Notes: generated by a model not told the origin, from the sequence alone. Numbered from the stretch's first letter, positions 50,381-60,181 are shown. The stretch is DNA of 64,000 bases from Nitrospirota bacterium (GCA_021813765.1 JAKAJM010000004.1:4776-68775), one strand, 5' to 3'. Made by a program: numbers and translations.

Positions 50381-51178
50381 CTACCCGGCCCCGTTCCATC
50401 TATTTTCAAGCCATTCTATGGCCGCGCTGTTTGTGAAATCGAGGTGTATGGGGGTCACGGACACATAGCCGCCCATGACGGTGTCCATGTCAGTGTCGGG
50501 GCCACGCTCCCATATGGGCGTGCCCCCGCCTATCCAGTAGCACAACTCCCCCCAGGGCGACATCGTTTCCTGAATGGAGCCGTCATATATCCGTTTTGAC
50601 TGTCTTGTGAACCTTACCCCCTTTACGTCCTTTTGAGGGGAGTTGGGGACATTGACGTTCAAAAGAGTATCATAGGGCAGTCCGTTCTTAAGGACAAAAG
50701 AGGCCAGAAGCCCTGCGTATTTCCCCGCCGTTTCGTAATGGCGCGGACCGGAGCCCCCGGACGGAAAATCAAGCATGAGGGAGAAGGCCAGCGAGCTTAT
50801 GCCCATTATGGTGCCTTCGATGGCGGCGGAAACGGTGCCCGAATAGGTGACGTCGTCCCCGAGGTTAGCCCCCCTGTTTATGCCTGAGACTATAAGGTCC
50901 GGCTTCCTGGGGAGAAGTTTCTGTGCCCCTATGGCGACACAGTCCGTCGGGGTGCCGTTTACGCTGTAGACGTTCTCCTTCAGCCTTTCCACCCTGAGGG
51001 GCCTGTGAAGCGTAAGCGCATGGCTCACGGCCGAACGCTCCCTGTCCGGAGCCACAGCGACGGCCTCCCCAACTTCCTCCATGCTCTCCAGAAGGGCCTT
51101 CAGGCCAGGGGAATGCACGCCGTCATCGTTCGTAACGAGTATCAGTTTCTTGCCTTCAGCCATAACCAATTGTATCAT
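50381..51178 (-). CDS. surE: 5'/3'-nucleotidase SurE
   Basis: 265 aa with [13 protein letters not shown] and [19 protein letters not shown]. Confidence 0.92.
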   Translation of the reverse strand: MIQLVMAEGKKLILVTNDDGVHSPGLKALLESMEEVGEAVAVAPDRERSAVSHALTLHRPLRVERLKENVYSVNGTPTDCVAIGAQKLLPRKPDLIVSGINRGANLGDDVTYSGTVSAAIEGTIMGISSLAFSLMLDFPSGGSGPRHYETAGKYAGLLASFVLKNGLPYDTLLNVNVPNSPQKDVKGVRFTRQSKRIYDGSIQETMSPWGELCYWIGGGTPIWERGPDTDMDTVMGGYVSVTPIHLDFTNSAAIEWLENRWNGAG

Positions 51179-51284
51179 TTTGGAAAAACCGCTTGCCCGC
51201 GCCGCTTTATTTGTGCAAAATAATTGCGATTTTGTTTTTGCGTTTTTGTTCCATTTTATTTCTCGTGCAGGAGGTTTTAAGGTC

Positions 51285-52316
51285 TTGGGTCTGACTTACA
51301 AAAAGGCGGGAGTCGATATAAAAGAGGGTGAAAGGCTTGTGGAGCTCATATCTCCGATGGCCAAAAAGACAGGCAGGAAGGAAGTTCTGAAGGGAATTGG
51401 CCTGTTCGGGGCTCTGTTCAGCCTGGACACCGAAAAGTATAAAGAGCCGGTGCTTGTGAGCGGGACGGACGGGGTGGGCACCAAGCTGAAGATAGCCTTT
51501 CTGACCGGCAGGCACGGAACGGTGGGCATCGACCTGGTGGCCATGTGCGTAAATGACATACTTACGTCGGGGGCGGAGCCACTTTTCTTCCTGGACTACT
51601 TCGCCACCGGAAGGCTTGATGCGATAAAGGCCGCCAGGGTGATAAGCGGCATAGTAAAGGGATGCAGGCAGGCAGGCTGCGCCCTCACGGGGGGAGAAAC
51701 TGCGGAACTGCCGGATTTCTACAAGGAAGGCGAATACGACCTGGCAGGCTTTGCCGTAGGCGTCGTGGAGAAAAGCGGGATCATAGACGGGTCTGACATC
51801 AAACCGGGAGATGCCCTGATAGGGCTTGCCTCCTCCGGGCTGCACTCAAACGGATATTCGCTTGCCAGAAAGGCGCTCCTGGAGGAAGGCGGGCTTTCGC
51901 TTAGCGCAAGGCCGCGGGAACTGGCGGGGCGCTCAGTAGCCACCGAGCTGCTTACGCCCACAAAGATATATGTAAAGGCATACAGGGCCCTTCATGGCAA
52001 GCTGGCCGTAAAGGGGATGGCCCATATTACGGGTGGCGGCATCCCGGGGAACTTAAACAGGATATTGCCGGGAAATATAGACGCTGTTGTGGAGGAAGGC
52101 TCATGGACTGTGCCTCCGGTCTTCGGCCTGATACAAAGCTCTGGAGGCGTACCGGACGCGGAGATGAAAAAGACCTTTAACATGGGCATCGGGTTTGTCG
52201 TGGTCACCGCGCAAAATGACGCTCAAAAGGCCCTTTCAGTCCTCAAAAAAGCGGGTTATGATTCCTTTATCATCGGCAAAACGGCCAGGGGCTCCGGGCG
52301 CGTGAGATACAAATGA
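51285..52316 (+). CDS. purM: Phosphoribosylformylglycinamidine cyclo-ligase (AIR synthase)
   Basis: Track ORF 51081..52316 trimmed to an in-frame TTG at 51285 with GGAGG about 9 nt upstream ((M)[11 protein letters not shown]...). This gives the usual ~343-aa Pur[13 protein letters not shown] is present. Confidence 0.88.
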   Translation: MGLTYKKAGVDIKEGERLVELISPMAKKTGRKEVLKGIGLFGALFSLDTEKYKEPVLVSGTDGVGTKLKIAFLTGRHGTVGIDLVAMCVNDILTSGAEPLFFLDYFATGRLDAIKAARVISGIVKGCRQAGCALTGGETAELPDFYKEGEYDLAGFAVGVVEKSGIIDGSDIKPGDALIGLASSGLHSNGYSLARKALLEEGGLSLSARPRELAGRSVATELLTPTKIYVKAYRALHGKLAVKGMAHITGGGIPGNLNRILPGNIDAVVEEGSWTVPPVFGLIQSSGGVPDAEMKKTFNMGIGFVVVTAQNDAQKALSVLKKAGYDSFIIGKTARGSGRVRYK

Positions 52317-52349
52317 GGTCCGTCGGCCGTTTCCGCGCTTCGATTTTTC

Positions 52350-52379
52350 TTGACACCCGCAAAAGGCATTTTCTATACT
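52350..52379 (+). promoter_or_regulatory. Sigma-70-type promoter candidate for glnA (TTGACA-18 nt-TATACT)
   Basis: A consensus -35 hexamer lies at 52350-52355 and a near-consensus -10 at 52374-52379. It lies about 95 nt upstream of the glnA ATG. Confidence 0.55.
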
Positions 52380-52382
52380 ATG

Positions 52383-52400
52383 TCGGCAATCTATTGCCGA
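52383..52400. promoter_or_regulatory. Perfect palindrome TCGGCAAT-CT-ATTGCCGA at the predicted glnA transcription start
   Basis: 8-bp arms read directly. It begins 4 nt after the -10 hexamer and could be an operator or a 5' RNA hairpin. Confidence 0.35.
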
Positions 52401-52471
52401 TGATAAAAGTATTGAAAACGGGCACTTTTCGCCTGACATTTTAAAAAAATAATCGTCAGAAAGGAAAAAAC

Positions 52472-53884
52472 ATGACGCCAAAGGAAGTCTTGGATTTTGC
52501 GAAAAAGAACAAGGTCATGCTGGTTGACCTCAAGTTCATCGATTTTCCGGGTATCTGGCAGCATTTTTCCGTGCCGTTCAGCGAGATCGATGAAAAGACG
52601 TTCACCGACGGGCTCGGGTTTGACGGCTCTTCGATAAGGGGTTGGCAGGCGATACACGCCTCCGACATGCTTATCGTTCCGGACCCCAATACAGCCATAC
52701 TGGACCCTTTCAGGAAGTATGCCACGCTGAGCATGGTCTGCAACATAATAGACCCTGTGACGAAGGAGCCTTACACTAGAGACCCGAGGTTCGTCGCCAG
52801 GAAAGCGGAGCAGTACCTGAAGTCCACCGGCATTGCGGACACCGCCTTTTTCGGTCCGGAAGCCGAGTTCTTCATCTTCGATGACATCCGTTTCGACCAG
52901 ACCGCAAACAGCGGATATTACTTCATAGACTCCATCGAGGGCATATGGAATTCGGGAAGGGAAGAATGCCCCAACCTGGGGTACAAGCCCAGGTTCAAGG
53001 AGGGGTATTTCCCCGTGCCTCCCACTGACAGCCAGGAAGACCTGAGGGCGGAGATGGTCTCTGTGATGCAGCAGTGCGGTCTGAATGTCGAGGCCCAGCA
53101 CCACGAGGTTGCGACTGCGGGCCAGGGCGAGATAGACATGCGTTTTTCCCCCCTGGTAAACATGGCGGACAATCTTATGCTCTTCAAATACATAATAAAG
53201 AACGTCGCGGTCAGGAACGGCAAGACCGCCACTTTCATGCCAAAGCCCATATTCGGGGACAACGGCTCCGGCATGCACGTCCACCAGAGCCTCTGGAAAG
53301 GCGGCAAGCCCCTTTTTGCAGGCAAGGAATACGCGGGCTTAAGCAAAATGGCGCTCCACTACATAGGCGGCATACTGAAACATGCCCCAGCCCTGGCCGC
53401 CCTCACGAACCCTACCACGAACTCATACAAGAGGCTCGTGCCGGGATATGAGGCGCCGGTCAACCTGGCCTACTCGGCCAGGAACAGGTCCGCCGCGGTA
53501 AGGATACCGATGTATTCGGAAAATCCGAAGGCAAAAAGGATAGAGGTGAGGTTCCCGGACCCCTCCTGCAACCCGTACCTGGCTTTCTCTGCCATGCTCA
53601 TGGCAGGGCTTGACGGCATAGAGAACAAGATAGAGCCCGGCGCCTCGCTTGACAAGGACATCTTCGAGCTTTCGAAGGCGGAGCTTGCAAAGGTGCCCCA
53701 GATGCCAGGCGGGCTCGACAAGGCCCTTGACAACCTGGAGAAGGACCACAAGTTCCTCCTCAAAGGCGGCGTGTTCACGGAAGACGCGCTTGAGACATGG
53801 ATGGCCTACAAGAGGAAAAGCGAGGTGGACGCCCTCAGGCTCCGCCCGCATCCCTACGAGTTCTTCCTCTACTACGACATCTAG
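52472..53884 (+). CDS. glnA: Glutamine synthetase, type I
   Basis: 470 aa with [10 protein letters not shown] and [10 protein letters not shown]. GlnA-type sequence runs throughout. Confidence 0.95.
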   Translation: MTPKEVLDFAKKNKVMLVDLKFIDFPGIWQHFSVPFSEIDEKTFTDGLGFDGSSIRGWQAIHASDMLIVPDPNTAILDPFRKYATLSMVCNIIDPVTKEPYTRDPRFVARKAEQYLKSTGIADTAFFGPEAEFFIFDDIRFDQTANSGYYFIDSIEGIWNSGREECPNLGYKPRFKEGYFPVPPTDSQEDLRAEMVSVMQQCGLNVEAQHHEVATAGQGEIDMRFSPLVNMADNLMLFKYIIKNVAVRNGKTATFMPKPIFGDNGSGMHVHQSLWKGGKPLFAGKEYAGLSKMALHYIGGILKHAPALAALTNPTTNSYKRLVPGYEAPVNLAYSARNRSAAVRIPMYSENPKAKRIEVRFPDPSCNPYLAFSAMLMAGLDGIENKIEPGASLDKDIFELSKAELAKVPQMPGGLDKALDNLEKDHKFLLKGGVFTEDALETWMAYKRKSEVDALRLRPHPYEFFLYYDI

Positions 53885-53904
53885 TCTTTTTTCCGATTTT
53901 TATG

Positions 53905-53935
53905 AGGGGGGGGCGTTTTACGGCCCCCCTTTTCT
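53905..53935 (+). terminator. Rho-independent terminator after glnA
   Basis: GC stem GGGGGGC...GCCCCCC followed by TTTTC. Confidence 0.6.
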
Positions 53936-54072
53936 ATTGCCCGCCATCCTCCGTCCGAGTTTAAAAAATTTTTCTGTTGTGGTACATTAATAGTCAAAAA
54001 TCGCCGCTTGTGGGGCAGAACACACATATGGGGCGGGTTTTTTAATCAAACTCAATTTAGGAGGAGGATGAG

Positions 54073-54357
54073 ATGAAAAAAGCGGTAGTAATCCTCGCAA
54101 CACTGGTCTTTGTTTTGTCTCTAATGTCCATGGCGTTTGCCGCTGTCTCCACGATGCAGGGCACCATTAAAGTGGTGAACCAGAAAACCGGGACGATCAC
54201 ATTCTGCCCGGCCGGCGGCAAAGACAAAGTCCTTAAGGTGGGCAAGTCCGTGAACATAAAAAGCGTAAAGACGGGAAAGGCCTCGGTGACCGTCAGCAAC
54301 GGCGTGGTAACCGGTGTAAAGCCGGCTCCCCAAAGAAGGATGATAGAAGGCTGCTAG
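54073..54357 (+). CDS. Small secreted protein (94 aa), DUF1344-like beta-rich periplasmic protein (tentative)
   Basis: Signal peptide MKKAVVILATLVFVLSLMSMAFA, with an AGGAGGAGG ribosome-binding site. The mature part is K/V/T-rich with two Cys residues, one being the last residue. Confidence 0.65.
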   Translation: MKKAVVILATLVFVLSLMSMAFAAVSTMQGTIKVVNQKTGTITFCPAGGKDKVLKVGKSVNIKSVKTGKASVTVSNGVVTGVKPAPQRRMIEGC

Positions 54358-54383
54358 TCTCTTAAAAGGGATATCGTTTCAAA

Positions 54384-54412
54384 GGGGCCGGGAATTTCCG
54401 GCCCCTTTTTTT
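54384..54412 (+). terminator. Rho-independent terminator
   Basis: GGGGCCGGGAATTTCCGGCCCC followed by TTTTTTT. Confidence 0.75.
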
Positions 54413-54566
54413 GAATTTTTTTCGCTCCCCCCGGTTTTATCTGCATGCCGCCGCGTCCCCCGCATATCTGAAACCGTTCCCTTTAAAGTTTTTCATTAAA
54501 CACTAATCAAATCTTTTTGGCAGTAATTCCGGCCTTAAGCCGCCTGATTTTATCCGTAATACGAAT

Positions 54567-54647
54567 GAAAACGGGCAGAGGCTTTTGCCTTTCAAAGATT
54601 TTTAGCGTCACTGGCCAGGGAACGGCTTTCGCCGGCATGACGGACTT
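54567..54647. repeat. Copy of the ~80-nt arm module of the 25.6-26.0 kb element
   Basis: It aligns with 25944-26022 and includes a 25-nt identical block CGGCTTTCGCCGGCATGACGGACTT (54623-54647 = 25998-26022) plus AAAACGGGCA..CTTTTGCCTTTC. Confidence 0.85.
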
Positions 54648-54752
54648 TTAGACTATTCCTCCTCACCAGCGTAATATTTGGGTGAATAAAACCGGATAGG
54701 CGCAAGGTTTTTTGGCTTTTTATCAGGCAGGTTCCGTTAAAAAAACAGGAGG

Positions 54753-56042
54753 CTAGCGGTGCGTCTTCATGCGGTAAAAACCGGTAAGCAGAAAGGCGCA
54801 AATGGCAGCAATCTCCATGAGGACCGAAAACATCACCAGCCCGGTGACTGAAACCTTGTCATACAGAAACCCCATGGTAACGCCTCCGACCAGGTAGGCA
54901 AGCCCGTATATCAGGTTGAAAACGCCATAGGCAAATCCCCTCTTCGGGACAGGGGTCAGGTCCGCTATGGCGGCTCGCATCACGGTTTCATGGGCGCCTA
55001 CAACAACCCCCAGAAACGCCACGCCCAGGATCGCCATCGCATAGCCCCCGGTGAAGGAGAGCCAGGCGACCGGCAGGCACAAAAGGGGCGCTGCCAGGAG
55101 AAACCTGAGACCCGTCTTGTCGTACAGTCTTCCCATTATCAGCGCCACTCCGCCCGCCACCGCCATGTCTATTATGTACAGGATGGGTATCAGCGCGTCG
55201 GGGGCAAGGCGGCTTGCCTTTATGTGGAATGCTATAAGCTGGAAATGGGCCATCCCTGCAACGCTAAAGAATGTAAACAGGGCATAAAACCAGAAAAGGC
55301 GCGGCAAGGCGCGCATCTCCTGCTCGCCGGGGAACCGTTTGTATTTTTCGCTGACCTCCAGGTCCCGCGGGTTGGGCATCTTCATTGCAGCCCTTGTCAG
55401 CATGAGTATGGACAAGACGGCTGGTATCAGGAGTATCTTGAAGCCTTCGCCATAGCTCCCCTTGAAGATAAAGACGGTGGTGAAGATGACCGGGCCCATG
55501 ACCGCCCCCACCTGGTCCATGAACTCATGCAACCCAAAGCCCCACCCTCTTCCCACCTCCTTTGCGGCATGAGAGAGAATGGTGTCCCTTGCGGGCGTCC
55601 TTACCGCCTTGCCGACCCGTTCAAGCACTATAAGCAGGGCGGCCACCTTCCAGTTGCCTGTAAAGGCCAGGGCAGGAATGGCAAGCATGAGGGCGTAGCC
55701 CGTAAACGTAAGGGCCCAGTATGCCCTGGTGCGGTCGGCTATGTACCCTGAGACCAGGCGAAGGGCATAACCCAGAAAATCCCCAAGGCCCGAGACCACC
55801 CCCACAACAGCCGCCCCGGCGCCAAGCACGGCCATGTATGGCCCTGTTATGCTCCTGGCCCCTTCGTATGTGATGTCTCCAAAGAGGCTGACAGTACCCA
55901 TAAGGACTATGAGTCTGTACGCGGCAGCCTTGGCGGAACTTTTTGATATTTCTGCTTTTTTTGTCTCCCCTGATCTTTCCGGTTCCATTTGTACCCACTT
56001 AGAAGACTGCCTGAATATCGGCAGATTGTCAATGATACCCAA
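54753..56042 (-). CDS. MFS transporter
   Basis: 429-aa polytopic ORF with 12-transmembrane MFS-like organisation. An alternative start is at MEPERSG... (55988). Confidence 0.75.
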   Translation of the reverse strand: MGIIDNLPIFRQSSKWVQMEPERSGETKKAEISKSSAKAAAYRLIVLMGTVSLFGDITYEGARSITGPYMAVLGAGAAVVGVVSGLGDFLGYALRLVSGYIADRTRAYWALTFTGYALMLAIPALAFTGNWKVAALLIVLERVGKAVRTPARDTILSHAAKEVGRGWGFGLHEFMDQVGAVMGPVIFTTVFIFKGSYGEGFKILLIPAVLSILMLTRAAMKMPNPRDLEVSEKYKRFPGEQEMRALPRLFWFYALFTFFSVAGMAHFQLIAFHIKASRLAPDALIPILYIIDMAVAGGVALIMGRLYDKTGLRFLLAAPLLCLPVAWLSFTGGYAMAILGVAFLGVVVGAHETVMRAAIADLTPVPKRGFAYGVFNLIYGLAYLVGGVTMGFLYDKVSVTGLVMFSVLMEIAAICAFLLTGFYRMKTHR

Positions 56043-56125
56043 AAATTCAGAAATTTATGACCTTTCTCATTGCGGGGACGTCTTTGGGCTGATATAAATT
56101 AATTAAAAGTAGGAGGTGGAAGCCA

Positions 56126-56461
56126 ATGAAGCAGGAAAAGGCAGCGTTCCAGGTTCTTGACCTTAAAGGGCTCATGCATTTTTACCCTGACAGGATATCG
56201 AGAGAGATGCTTGCCGAGACTCCGGAGATGAGAATAGCCCTTATGTGCCTTGAGCCGGGGCAGGAGCTTGCTCCTCACAAAGCGCCAATGAGGCTCATCA
56301 TGTACGTGGTCGAGGGTAGCGGGACTTTTACTGTCGGGCAGCAGCAGATAGAGGCGGACGAGAAAAGCGCCATACTTTGCGAGCGCATGGTGGAGCCCGG
56401 CTTCAAGGCCTCGAAGGGACAGAGGCTTGTGGTAATGGCGGTGGTCGTGGCGGTGGATTGA
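56126..56461 (+). CDS. Cupin domain protein
   Basis: 111 aa with cupin motif region LEPGQELAPHKAPMRLIMYVVEGSGTF. AGGAGGTGG lies upstream. It is divergent from the MFS gene. Confidence 0.65.
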   Translation: MKQEKAAFQVLDLKGLMHFYPDRISREMLAETPEMRIALMCLEPGQELAPHKAPMRLIMYVVEGSGTFTVGQQQIEADEKSAILCERMVEPGFKASKGQRLVVMAVVVAVD

Positions 56462-56488
56462 TTTTTTGGTCCTTCAGGGGCTTTTTGT

Positions 56489-56637
56489 GCGGGGACGGAT
56501 GGCATTGCTACGCCCAGCCGCCGTCTCCTGCGGCCAGGACACTGTGGCACCGGCGCGGCTTACATGAATAACGGTTTTTTGTCGCCGCGCCATATCGCAG
56601 GGGTCGCGCCGGCTGCGCTCAGACCACCAGTCCCGCT
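56489..56637. repeat. Second copy of the ~150-nt GC-rich core element (first copy 25665-25812)
   Basis: The two copies are in the same orientation. Shared blocks include GGCATT(C)GCTACG, ACACTGTG, CCGGCGCGGCT, ATGAATA, CGGTTTTTTGTCGCCGCGC, ATATCGCA, GGGGTCGC and TGCGCTCA. Confidence 0.85.
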
Positions 56638-56810
56638 GTACATTTTCCTTGTTTTTTGGCTTACCGATGGGGGCTTGCACACTCTTCTGGCTCCGCTGAC
56701 TCCTTTAAAATATATTTTATACTTCCCTTTACTACGGAGTTCCATTGCGCCTTTTTTATCTGTCGAGTCCAAACTTGTCCCTTATTCCTTCATATTGTTA
56801 GACTAATTGA

Positions 56811-58367
56811 ATGGCTTCCGGGGACGTGCTGATAAGGGGAGTGAACTGGGTGGGCGACGCCGTCATGACGATGCCCGCCATAAGGGCGTTAAGAGCGGCC
56901 ATGCCAGGCCGCAGGATGACCCTCCTGGTAAAGCCATGGGTGGCCGGCCTTTTCGAGAAGGATCCGAACATAGACGAGGTAATGCCCTATGGAGATGAGT
57001 GGCGGGGAATAAACGGCAAGCTGGCGCTTGCCCTCGCCTTGAGGCGCAGGGATTTTCAAACCGCCGTTCTTCTTCAAAATGCCTTCGAGGCCGCGCTCCT
57101 GTCGGCCCTGGCGGGCATCCCGGAGCGCATCGGCTACGGAAGGGACGGCAGGGGATTTTTGCTTACCACATCCGTCCCGTTCCACGGCGAGGACAGGCTG
57201 ATGCACCACTCGCAGTATTACATCAATCTTCTTGAAAAAGCCGGGATCATAAAGGGGGAGGGAAATAAAATTATTTCCGCTCCCTGGATATACCTGGAGC
57301 TTGAGGAAAGGCTCAGGGCCAGGACATTCATGAGCGGACTTAAAAGGCCGGTGATCGGGCTCAATCCGGGCGCGGCCTTCGGCCCTTCCAAGAGATGGCC
57401 CTTCTCGAGGTTCCGTGAACTGGCACTTATGGCCACAGGTGAGCTTGGGGGAAGCGCCCTGGTCTTTGGCTCAGAGAAAGAAAAGAGCGCGGCGGAGGAA
57501 ATAGTCCAGGGCATGGAGGGGGCTTTTTCGCTTGCGGGCAGGACTACGCTCCGGGAGCTTGCGGCCTTCATCTCTGAATGTGATGCTGTGGTCTCAAACG
57601 ACTCCGGCACGATGCATGTGGGCTATGCGGTCGGCGCCCCGCTGGTGGCCCTTTTCGGCTCAACTGCGCCTGCCCTCACCGGCCCTCCAGCCGGAAATAC
57701 GGTAATTAAAAAAGATATCCCCTGCTCCCCCTGTTTCAAGCGGGAGTGCGCGGCTGTGGGCCGGGCGGGGTCCCGTTCATCTCAGCCAATACCGTGCATG
57801 GACGGCATAACGGCTTCCGAGGTCTTAAGTGCGGTCAGGTCCATTTTGCCCTCGAAGAGGGCAGTTTTCTTTGACCGAGACGGCACCCTCTGCCGGAACG
57901 CCCATTTCATGTCACGCTGGGAGGATTTCGAGCCCTTTGAGGACGGATTAAGAGACCTGCCCAAGCTGAAAAAAGCGGGTTTCATGCTGGTTGGCGCAAC
58001 CAACCAGTCGGGCATAGCCAGGGGGCTTGTGGGAGAAGAGTTCGTCAGGGAAGTGGGCGGCCACTTCATGCAAAAATACGGTTTCGACGCCTTTTATTAC
58101 TGCCCACATCATCCCGATGATTTCTGTCCATGCAGGAAGCCGTCCCCCGGGATGCTTCTTAATGCAAGAAGGGACCTGGGCATTGACCTGAGGAATTCGT
58201 ATATGATAGGAGACAGCGCCGCCGACGTGCTTGCCGCCAGGGCCGCGGGTGCCAGGGCGATACTGATAAAAGCCGGTACCGAAGGGCCCTCCGCGGCTCC
58301 GGATTACCTGGCCGGTTCGCTTAAAGAAGCCATAAATTACATTTTGGAATCGGAGAAAGCCAGATGA
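56811..58367 (+). CDS. Fusion protein: GT9 ADP-heptose:LPS heptosyltransferase (WaaF/RfaF-like) plus C-terminal GmhB-type HAD phosphatase
   Basis: 518 aa. The N-terminal ~340 aa are GT9 (VNWVGDAVMTMPAIRAL..., SNDSGTMHVG, PCSPCFKREC). The C-terminal ~170 aa are HAD (AVFFDRDGTL, NQSGIARG, CPHHPDDFCPCRKP, IGDSAADV). Confidence 0.85.
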   Translation: MASGDVLIRGVNWVGDAVMTMPAIRALRAAMPGRRMTLLVKPWVAGLFEKDPNIDEVMPYGDEWRGINGKLALALALRRRDFQTAVLLQNAFEAALLSALAGIPERIGYGRDGRGFLLTTSVPFHGEDRLMHHSQYYINLLEKAGIIKGEGNKIISAPWIYLELEERLRARTFMSGLKRPVIGLNPGAAFGPSKRWPFSRFRELALMATGELGGSALVFGSEKEKSAAEEIVQGMEGAFSLAGRTTLRELAAFISECDAVVSNDSGTMHVGYAVGAPLVALFGSTAPALTGPPAGNTVIKKDIPCSPCFKRECAAVGRAGSRSSQPIPCMDGITASEVLSAVRSILPSKRAVFFDRDGTLCRNAHFMSRWEDFEPFEDGLRDLPKLKKAGFMLVGATNQSGIARGLVGEEFVREVGGHFMQKYGFDAFYYCPHHPDDFCPCRKPSPGMLLNARRDLGIDLRNSYMIGDSAADVLAARAAGARAILIKAGTEGPSAAPDYLAGSLKEAINYILESEKAR

Positions 58368-59032
58368 ACGAAGAGGCAAAAGGAGAAGGGGAAAACGTGC
58401 AGCAGACCAGGGCCGGTCTTTACAGTGAGGTGATCTCGCATATGAGGGTAAAGCACCCGGACATCATAGACACTGCCTATGAATTTTTCTGGGAGGAGGA
58501 GTACCCGGAAGAGTTTTTGAGCGGCCTTCCGCTTGAGCTCGGCTTTGTGAATTTCGAGGACTGGTTCATCTGCGACTATGTGGACCCGAATGCGGGCTTC
58601 ATGACGGACCTCTACCTGGAGGATACGGGGCAGAGGGAAGACGCCGGGAAAGCGGCATCCATGAAGGCGCTCAAAGACTCTTTTATCAGTCTCTATGAGG
58701 TGAAAAAGATAGCCTCTTTTCCCGAGGGGCAGGCAGAGCTTGAGGATGTGTTCCTTGGCGGGACCCGTCTGGTCAGCGTGCCCGCAAGCGGGATGAAGAC
58801 CGGGGACCTCCTTGCTACCAGGGTGATAGGTCTGGACGGTGGTGATGTTATGGGAGCTTGCCTTTATCCTTTTGGCGGAGCGGTGAAAAAAGTGGTCATG
58901 GAATCCGTAAACATTCAGTTCGAGCGTTACGGGAAGAACAAGAAGCCGGGCGGCGGGCTGCGGGATTTCCTGAAAGACGAGGGCTACATCTTTAATATTA
59001 TATGGCTGAGCGGTCTTTACAGAAGAGCATAA
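58364..59032 (+). CDS. Hypothetical protein (222 aa) embedded in the heptosyltransferase operon
   Basis: It overlaps the upstream stop by 4 nt and the downstream start by 31 nt. It is acidic and aromatic-rich (YEFFWEEEYPEEFLSG...NFEDWFICDYVD). I do not recognise a family. Confidence 0.65.
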   Translation: MNEEAKGEGENVQQTRAGLYSEVISHMRVKHPDIIDTAYEFFWEEEYPEEFLSGLPLELGFVNFEDWFICDYVDPNAGFMTDLYLEDTGQREDAGKAASMKALKDSFISLYEVKKIASFPEGQAELEDVFLGGTRLVSVPASGMKTGDLLATRVIGLDGGDVMGACLYPFGGAVKKVVMESVNIQFERYGKNKKPGGGLRDFLKDEGYIFNIIWLSGLYRRA

Positions 59033-60033
59033 AAGACAAGGTCCTGATAGTAAAGCCAAGCTCGCTTGGTGACGTAATACATACCCTTCCTTTCCTTTGT
59101 TCGGTCAGGCGGCAGTTTCCGCAGGCCAGGGTCCACTGGGTGATATCGGAGGGCCTGGCCCCGCTCCTGGAAGGGCATCCGCTGATAGAGCGCCTCTGGA
59201 AGATAAACAAGGACGAGTGGAAAAAGCCCTCAAAGCTCCTTCAAACCATTGGTCAGTTCAGGGAGCTGTCAAGAGAGCTGAGGAAAGAGAAATTCGATGC
59301 CGTCTTCGACCTTCAGGGCCTGCTGAGAAGCGCAGTCATATCCCGGATGGCCGGGGCACAGGCGGTTGTGGGTTTCAGCGAGGCCAGGGAGGGCGCACCT
59401 TTTTTTTATACGCATAAGGTGAGCGTTCCCCGGAAGATGCACGCGGTCGAAAGATATCTGGAGATGGCCCGGTTTTCAGGCATCAAGCCGGTGCTGGAAT
59501 TCCTCCTTCCGGAGGACATCGGTTTCAGGCCGCCCTTTGAGTTTGATGAATACGCGGTCATCGCCCCTGGGGCAAGATGGCCCTCGAAAAGATGGCCGGC
59601 GCCAAAATGGGGAGAGCTCGCCCGAAGGCTTTCCCCTCTCCGTTTGGTGATCATAGGAGCGGGGCAGGATGCTGTGCTGGCGGGTGAGATAGCCTCGATT
59701 TCAGGAGGGGCTTCGGTCTCTTATGCGGGCAAAAGCTCTCTTAAAGGGCTTGTGGAGCTGATAAGGCGCGCAAGGTTCCTGGTAACCAACGATTCCGGCC
59801 CGATGCACATCGCCGCTGCCATGGGGGTGCCGGTTTTTGCCGTGTTCGGGCCCACGGACCCCACGCTTACCGGCCCGTACGGAAACGGGACCAGGGTGGT
59901 CATCAAAGGGCAGGTAAAATGCTCCCCATGCAGAAACCGGACATGCGGGGACATGAGCTGCATGGAAGCCGTGACAGTGGAGATGGTGGAGCGCGAGATA
60001 AGAAAAACACAAAGGATCCTGCCGCCAGGCTGA
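59002..60033 (+). CDS. GT9 ADP-heptose:LPS heptosyltransferase (WaaC/RfaC-like)
   Basis: 343 aa with KPSSLGDVIHTLP, TNDSGPMHIAAA and KCSPCRNRTC. Confidence 0.85.
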   Translation: MAERSLQKSIKDKVLIVKPSSLGDVIHTLPFLCSVRRQFPQARVHWVISEGLAPLLEGHPLIERLWKINKDEWKKPSKLLQTIGQFRELSRELRKEKFDAVFDLQGLLRSAVISRMAGAQAVVGFSEAREGAPFFYTHKVSVPRKMHAVERYLEMARFSGIKPVLEFLLPEDIGFRPPFEFDEYAVIAPGARWPSKRWPAPKWGELARRLSPLRLVIIGAGQDAVLAGEIASISGGASVSYAGKSSLKGLVELIRRARFLVTNDSGPMHIAAAMGVPVFAVFGPTDPTLTGPYGNGTRVVIKGQVKCSPCRNRTCGDMSCMEAVTVEMVEREIRKTQRILPPG

Positions 60034-60147
60034 CCCGGATTTTTCAGTCTGATTTCGTCATGCCGCAAGTCCCTCAAGCGCGATCAAATAGCCTTCAGGA
60101 AAAATAAAATTGAGGCAGATATAAATAAAATATGGTACGATTAACCC

Positions 60148-60181
60148 GGAGGGCGGGTTTTTTAAAGACCGCCTCTTTTTA
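60148..60181 (+). terminator. Probable terminator of the heptosyltransferase operon
   Basis: GGAGGGCGG...CCGCCTC stem followed by TTTTTATT. Confidence 0.5.

Noticed and set aside
54567-56637. An integron-like cassette or other site-specific recombination system.
   Set aside because: No integrase or recombinase gene is present. No attC-type R/L box symmetry (RYYYAAC/GTTRRRY) is recognisable. Only one bracketed unit exists. The permuted arrangement is reported as an observation, and no system is claimed.
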